Below are positions 55,819 to 64,000 of a stretch of 64,000 nt of DNA, in pieces. The stretch spans positions 359,414,001 to 359,478,000 of the forward strand of contig OZ024743.1 in the NCBI GenBank assembly GCA_964016885.1, given 5' to 3'. How positions within the stretch are numbered: the first letter of the stretch is position 1; every line of letters starts with the position of its first letter. The translations under genes were made by a program, and so were the position numbers. Below the pieces are notes generated by a model that was not told the origin of the DNA, ran no database searches, and worked only from the letters and a program-made list of their open reading frames with translations. The stretch is from Eledone cirrhosa (Eukaryota).

Positions 55819-56774
55819 ATATCTGATTAATAATTATTTCCACTTTTGTCACTAGGTTGATATCTGACTAATAATAAAACCAAAGTGAAACTTAACTGAT
55901 ACGTGTTTTTCTTGGTAGCATAGGTCTCCAAAGGTTTATGTTTCAATACATGATTGCAAATTAAAACAAAACAAAATATTCTATTGAAAAACAAACTCAA
56001 GTAAAAACTTAAACTCACTAAAGACCAAACCAAAAGACTGAAATGAGTACTGCTTCTCAACATAAAAAATAAAATTTACACAAACCTACGCCAACAAGGG
56101 AAATGAAAACGTATCTAAAGATCGCCATACCAACAGAAACAAAAATCGTTCAGTAAACGTTTTAAAAGTGCAACGACATCAATCTTAGGTCAGTTGACAT
56201 TTCAACAATTAAATAACATGTTAAAAACAAAGAAAACGTAAGAAACAGATGATCGTAGAAACTTGAATATTACCGATGGAATAAATACGGCGGATGTTAC
56301 TCTGGAAACTGAATTCAGCAAAGAAAAACCAAACGAAAGTATATGACAGCTCAAATAGACCCAGATGATTTTTACCTCTGATATAGGCAATACATGAAAA
56401 CGTAAATGTATTAGAATGTCTATCTCAAATAGAAAGAACAAATTAGATAGAGGCTAAGAAATGAAAATAACAGCTGCAGCAACAACAATAATAGCAACGA
56501 GAATGACAGCAATGAGAATACAGCCATGAGAGAAGCACTAACAACAAGAACGACAATAACACGAACAGCAATACGTTCCAAAACCTAAATGACAATAATA
56601 ATGACATATGCCAACCAAGCAACATTAGTAGCAACACCAACAATAATATGAACAAGAACACATTTCACAACAATAAGATAAACGACAAACTTACCCCAAA
56701 CAACAATAACAATAAGCGACAATAAAAACGAAACAAAAAAAATCTCTCAAATTTCTCTGTAGCCGAAGTAGGGA

Positions 56775-56850
56775 GACACACAGACACAGACACACACACT
56801 CACACACACTCACACATACACACACATACACACACACACTCACACACACA

Positions 56851-56946
<96 letters not shown>

Positions 56947-57034
56947 CTCACACACACTCACACACACTCACACATACACACACATACACACACACACTCA
57001 CACACACACACACACACACATACACACATACACA

Positions 57035-57083
<49 letters not shown>

Positions 57084-57171
57084 ACAAACACACACACACA
57101 AACACACACACACACACACGCGCGCACACACACACGCGCGCACACACACACGCACACGCACGCGCACACAC

Positions 57172-57207
<36 letters not shown>
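56775..57207. repeat. Long (CA)n microsatellite
   Basis: Direct inspection. Confidence 0.95.
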
Positions 57208-57209
<2 letters not shown>

Positions 57210-58127
57210 AGCTGGAGAATAATCAAAATAACAATGGCGGATAGACGGAGGGAAGGTTCAGAGATAGCAACAGTAGGAACAACAAAGTAATAACAGTTAT
57301 GAGGTTGACGAGTCCGAAGGGGATGACGCAGGCATGTAAATTAACAAAGAAATTAACAGCCTGTTAAATATGTGTCCCGCATATGACATCCCAAAGAACT
57401 AGAAAACACACCCTTCTTCATCGCGCACATTTCTCTGGATACAATCAGAGGGTCAAGATCAGCGTGTTCAGGACATAATTGCAAACTATCATGGGAAACG
57501 ATGGGAATGGGACATGCCCTATGTATAGGAACAAAGTACGGAACGGAATAGAGAAGATAGTAAAGAAGCTAGATACGGTCACCTCGTGGTATGACAACAA
57601 CATCCAACAAACTTTGATGTTGGTCGATATTACTTCTAGAGGAAAGTAAATTTAAAAAGGCTTTAAATAAACTAAAACTTAAACTGAAGGTAGTAGAAAT
57701 CCCAAATCAACAGAACCTACCCAATGAGAAACCCTTAAAACCCCCAGATAAATTGTGAAACTAAACATGATGTATATAGTATAAGATGCACAGTTGGGCA
57801 ATGTAGGAAGACGACTCATAGCAACTTCAGGGAGCAGCAATATATAAATACAGACACAGACGGGCAGACACACAGACCCAAGCGCATATCACACACGTAC
57901 GACAAAAAGGAATGATGGAGCAATTATAACAAAACCAAAATATAGAGGAGACACAGAGGGCGAAAGCAGTAATTGAGAAGGTCACAGAATGTGTGAAGAA
58001 AGTGATTCGACAATTAAATAATCGTCCAGTTACTAAACCAAGCGACGAATGGATTACTTGCCTGATGAATAATAAACCCGAGAAACTCAACTGTTGCGTG
58101 TGTTTCTATTATACACATACATACATA

Positions 58128-58645
58128 CATGATGGCTGCAAACTCTGCTAAGAGTATTGTAATCGCTTGTCAGATTATAGAGTTTGGTGCAATTTTAGGC
58201 TACAGCTAACCACACGAACCTTTAACATATCCTGAACAAGCAATGCCTGTGCTTTGAAGGTTGTTTAAGTGGGGAAAGGCCTTGGACACGACCAATCCCA
58301 CACTAGCCGTAAAGGAGAACTGGTGAACATATCGGAAGCTTCCGAAGCCGCAGGTTTTTTTTTCAGAGTTTCCCTCTCCTAGAAAGGTGTTGTGACAACA
58401 ACTGGGGGCCTTTCACTCCCAGTTGTAAAATAAATAAATAAAACAAACAAACTACTATTTGGATGACCGTTGACTCTGCTGAGTTCCTTCGCCCTTTGCC
58501 GGGTCTTGTATTTCATCTCGCAGTGTGTCCAAATATCACTCTCCTCACTTGGTGAGGTTGCCGGTTTAGTCGCCGACGACCCGACTATGAGACAGGTTGT
58601 ACTGGGTTACATGTTACCAGTAGCACTCGAGAGCGACCTGACATA
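58128..58645 (-). mobile_element. Diverged non-autonomous RTE-derived element
   Basis: Shares ends and internal aagcaatgcctgtg with 62253-62830. Confidence 0.6.
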
Positions 58646-58667
58646 ATATATATACATACATACATAC

Positions 58668-59200
58668 AGGAACAGGGAGAAGAAAGCATGCACGGTAGTG
58701 GAAATTAGCTGCCCAGCAGATGCCAATATATCAAAGATTAACGAAAAGGAGAATATGTATGCAGAACTGATGAGAAATATGCAGATACTCCACCCTGATT
58801 ACACCTTCAGATTTATGCCTGTGATTATTGGGGCACTGGGGTATGTTAGTAACTGCCTCAATACAAATCTTGAGAAGCTAGGCTTCATTGGTAAAACAAT
58901 TGTGAAATTATAAAACCAGAAGAAGATATATAGATACATGCTATTTATACTGCCAATGAAGCCTTTGTACTTATGTTTAGGAAATATGAAGGATATGTAA
59001 CTGGTTCACAGGATGTCAGAAACACTAACCTCATACATAGCTTCTTTATGTCAATATATAAATGTGATGAACGAAAACCTCGACCTGGTTACGACGCTCT
59101 CGAAAGATATCGGAACGGAGTTTGTACAGGATAAATGTTCGTATATGATTGTAAAGCGAGGAAAAACCACAAGCCAATCTAGCAACATCTTTAGCTGTTA
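58668..59200 (+). pseudogene. R4/NeSL-like LINE fragments (REL piece followed by RT piece)
   Basis: TVVEISCPADANI..PVIIGALG; then SKDIGTEFVQDKCSYMIVKRGK. Confidence 0.75.
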
Positions 59201-59259
59201 GATATATCCTACTAGTTAAGGTATATATATATCCTACTAGTTAAGGTATATATATCCTA

Positions 59260-60673
<1,414 letters not shown>

Positions 60674-60674
60674 T

Positions 60675-61850
60675 GGTATTTGTAAGAAGGAACGAGTAAG
60701 CAGTGAATATGAGAGAACTCTCTTCGTACAATAAATCAGTAGCTCACTATGCGTTTGCTGTGTCTGTGCGAACACTGACATTTGGACTACTTGACTAAAC
60801 GCTAAAGAAGATCCGAGTCATTGATGATAAAACCCGAAAAGTTCTAACCGGCACCAGAAATTTCCACATCAACAGTGACATTGACTGCTTCTCTCTGAAA
60901 CGCAATCAGGGAGGCAGAAGAATCAGATCAATCCAAACAGCATTCGAGTGTCGCATCCGACCAAGAGTTGAAGCCCATCTTTAGAATAAATTTGTCTTCT
61001 TAAGGCAGATAACATCAAAGTTGGGAAATAGATTCTTGAGGAATACTCATTGCCTGATAACCAAAATCCCATCCCCAGGGAAATTGCAATATTACAATGA
61101 ATCCATGGATGAAAAGCTGCATGTTAATCAGCAAAAGGTCATGCATGGCTATGTTACCAGAAAGATTCAAAGTGCGAGTAATATCGATAAGCAAAGCTGT
61201 TTATCTTGAATCAACAATCGGTATATTGGTTTTCAAGAACAGGAAATAACAACGGAATACCTTATGCTCAAAAGGCAGGGATGCTGATAAAACAGCTAGA
61301 TGTGATAATAGAGGTAGACTCTCCGGAATAAACATCGAAGATGTTACCCACATCTTATGCAGCTTTCCAAAGATATCATCACGATACTATTCACCTACGA
61401 AGCATGATGTAGTGGCCTAAACAATGTACAATGCAATCTGTAGAAAGGATAGCCTAGAGAATATACGTATGAAAAGTTACAGTGATGTGGAGGCTTGTGG
61501 AATGTTTCACTCAAAACCGCAACAAAATGCAAACACAACAAACCAGACATAGTGATATGGGACTGAGAAAAGAAAACATCTACAATAGTAGAAATAAGCT
61601 GCCCATCAGATATCAATATAATGCTAAAGATTAACGAGGAGAACATTTACGCTGAACTAATGAGGAATCTGCAGATACTCAACCTTGACTATACCGGTGA
61701 TGATTGGGGCTCTGGGATATGTTACTAACTGCCTTAGTACAAATCGTGAAAAGGTGGGCTTTGCAGAACCAGAAAGGGCACGGCTAGTTAAAGAGTTGCA
61801 AGTAGCGTTCATTAATAGAACTGTAGAATAATTAAAACATTTCAAAAATA
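60675..61850 (+). pseudogene. Decayed R4/NeSL-like LINE (RT thumb, zinc-knuckle remnant, PD-(D/E)xK REL)
   Basis: IDDKTRKVLT..HINSDID..R..GGR; EDVTHILCS; KHNKPDIVIWD..IVEISCP..VMIGALG. Confidence 0.8.
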
Positions 61851-62252
61851 TAGATACAGAAATATATTCATGTGTACACATATAACTCAAAACATACAGA
61901 ACGCAATAACAACCATACCAGCAAACACACACATAAACACATACAGACAGACATCCGTATTTACCTAGTTGGTGTCTACATTCCAATGAAAAAGTCTTGT
62001 TTCTGTGTTAGGAATCGGCCCTCACTCTCTATTGATGAAAATCTATAAAATAATAAAAACAGAAGAACATACATACAAAAGTTGGAAGTCATGGTCGTTT
62101 CTTCAATATAGCAGCACAGGCCCCTTACTTTTAATCTTACTTTATATGTGGGTAGAATCAAATAAACAAACATAATATATACCTACCACCTACATACGTT
62201 TATACCTTCCAACCTACAGACCTACACACGTACGTACATACGTACATACATA

Positions 62253-62830
62253 TATGGTGTCTGCCAACTCGTTTTCGAGTACGGCCACTACTTTATATCC
62301 ATTTTGGAGAACCCCTACCGATGCGCTGAACGAGTGTGACTTTTTAGTCCAGCCAGCGACTTGAAAACTCTGGTACAAACACTACACTTGTGACAATTAT
62401 TGACACAGAGTGCTGGGCCCATGGTACCATGTGACGACAAGTGCAGGATGATCTCCAGATATAAAGCAATGCCTGTGACGTGAAGCTTTTATAGTGAGCA
62501 AAGGCACTGCACAAAGCCAGTCCCACTCTCTTAACCAAGATGATATTTACCAAAAATAAGAACAAGTCAACATTATTGGATACCATCAGGTTTGCAGGTG
62601 TTATATCAGAGTTTTCCTTCTCCTAGAATTCTGCCTTGACAAAGGCTAAGGGGTCATCTCTCCCGGTGATTTTGGATGGCACTTAAGAGCTCCTTTGCCC
62701 TTTGACAGGTTTTGTTTTTAGTCCTGCAGGATGTCGAAAGTCACCCTCCTCACCAAGAAACCTTGGTGTGGTTGCCAGTTTAGTCGCCAACGACCCGACC
62801 ATGGGACAGGTTGTACTGGGATACATGTTA
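62253..62830 (-). mobile_element. Non-autonomous RTE-derived element (structured 5' part, body, RTE-like 3' end)
   Basis: Homologous to 45112-45518 and 58555-58620. Confidence 0.7.
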
Positions 62831-62869
62831 CATACATACATACATGTATAAAACAAAATTAAAAACAAA

Positions 62870-63290
62870 TGAGGAGGAATATGTTGAGATAGATGGCGCT
62901 AAAAATACTGGTGGAACCTGAAAATAAAAACTGCCACCAAATTAAAGCAAAACCGGTTTGATATTGTTGTTTGAGACCACACATTGAAAACGTGTTCTGT
63001 TGTGGAGATGAGCTGCCCACTTGATGTCAACGTTGTACGAAAAATACAAGAGAAGGAGGACATCTACGGACCATTGATGAGGAGTTTGCAGATCGAGTAG
63101 CCAAGATACACCTTCAACTTCATACCCATCATTATTGGAGTTACAGGTTATATACCAACCCACTTGGACCAAAGTTTAACTGAACTTGGATTTGTGGACA
63201 AAGAACGCAGCTCCCTAATTCATAGACTACAAATGGCTGCGATAGCTGGCACCTTCAAAATTTGCAAAACATTCTTGCATTCAAAGGACG
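62870..63290 (+). pseudogene. Third REL endonuclease fragment, R4/NeSL-like
   Basis: VVEMSCPLDVNV..PIIIGVTG..LQMAAIAGTFKICKTFL. Confidence 0.7.
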
Positions 63291-64000
63291 ACAATTTCTT
63301 TTCTTTTACAACCTTGCCACCAGGAATGTACTCGAAATTAAGAGGAAGTAAGACATACATGCATACATATATGCATACATAATAACAAAAGGATTCTACG
63401 ATCACATAGAAAATCCATCTTCAAATGAAAAAATGTATTAACACGAATACGTTTCAGGATTTTCGCATCTTTGTAGCAAAGATCAATATCTGCTACAAGC
63501 ATACAAAAAACAAAGATTGTCCAAACACTTTCTAAACAGCAGACAATTGGTGATGTCAAACAAAAGATGTAATTTAAATAAACTACACGGGAAAGATAAA
63601 TGAAAAATGAAGCGAATTCATGTGGATGAAAGAAAAGTTCAATTATAATTGTGTTAATGGACTACTAATGCTACTACCACCAATTCTCCATTGACCTCAT
63701 GAGCGTAAAGTACTATTAAATTAAACTATTAATAAAGGTGTCATATATCTAGACGTAATATTAGGTCCCTTAACTCATGCTTCAGCTTTACATCCTCAGA
63801 CAGATATTATATAAATAATTCATAAGCCGCTAGGTGTGTATATACATATAATAAATGATAAGATCTTTCTACAATTCTCCTTATATGTAATTGTCTCCAT
63901 AAATCAAGAATCACGATAATCAATAATTGCCATCTCTCCATTTCTTTCTCCATCTCTCCCTATATGAAAAAGTAGAGGGACTTTAACTCATGAAATTCTA

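Noticed and set aside
57960-58110. CTGATGA...GAAA in the repeat shared with ~46866 and ~55460
   Set aside because: Stems do not pair and the motif is absent from the other copies

Overview
AT-rich, microsatellite-dense animal genomic DNA. The SINE families and repeat landscape suggest an octopus or other cephalopod (inference). No intact host gene is visible; nearly all listed ORFs are microsatellite or repeat artefacts. The window is a mosaic of decayed mobile elements: four Helitrons (an inverted pair with a 173-bp internal satellite, a complete 1.07-kb TC...CTAG element, and one with decayed RepHel sequence), two Penelope-like (PLE) GIY-YIG remnants, fragments of RTE, L1/Tx1, CRE and R4-like LINEs, a Chapaev3-like transposase 5' fragment, and tRNA-derived SINEs. 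The main discovery is about 22 type I hammerhead ribozyme (HHR) motifs, intact or mutated, in about 9 sequence families, all folded by eye. They include a ~420-436-nt tandem, non-coding, retrozyme-like family. Six HHR pairs are inverted with 3' ends pointing outward. There are recurrent non-canonical core features (a CAGAAGA core, and U.U at the base of stem II). A small CTC...GAGYRY hairpin recurs downstream of the HHR in six otherwise dissimilar families. Family assignments are from remembered motifs, not database searches.
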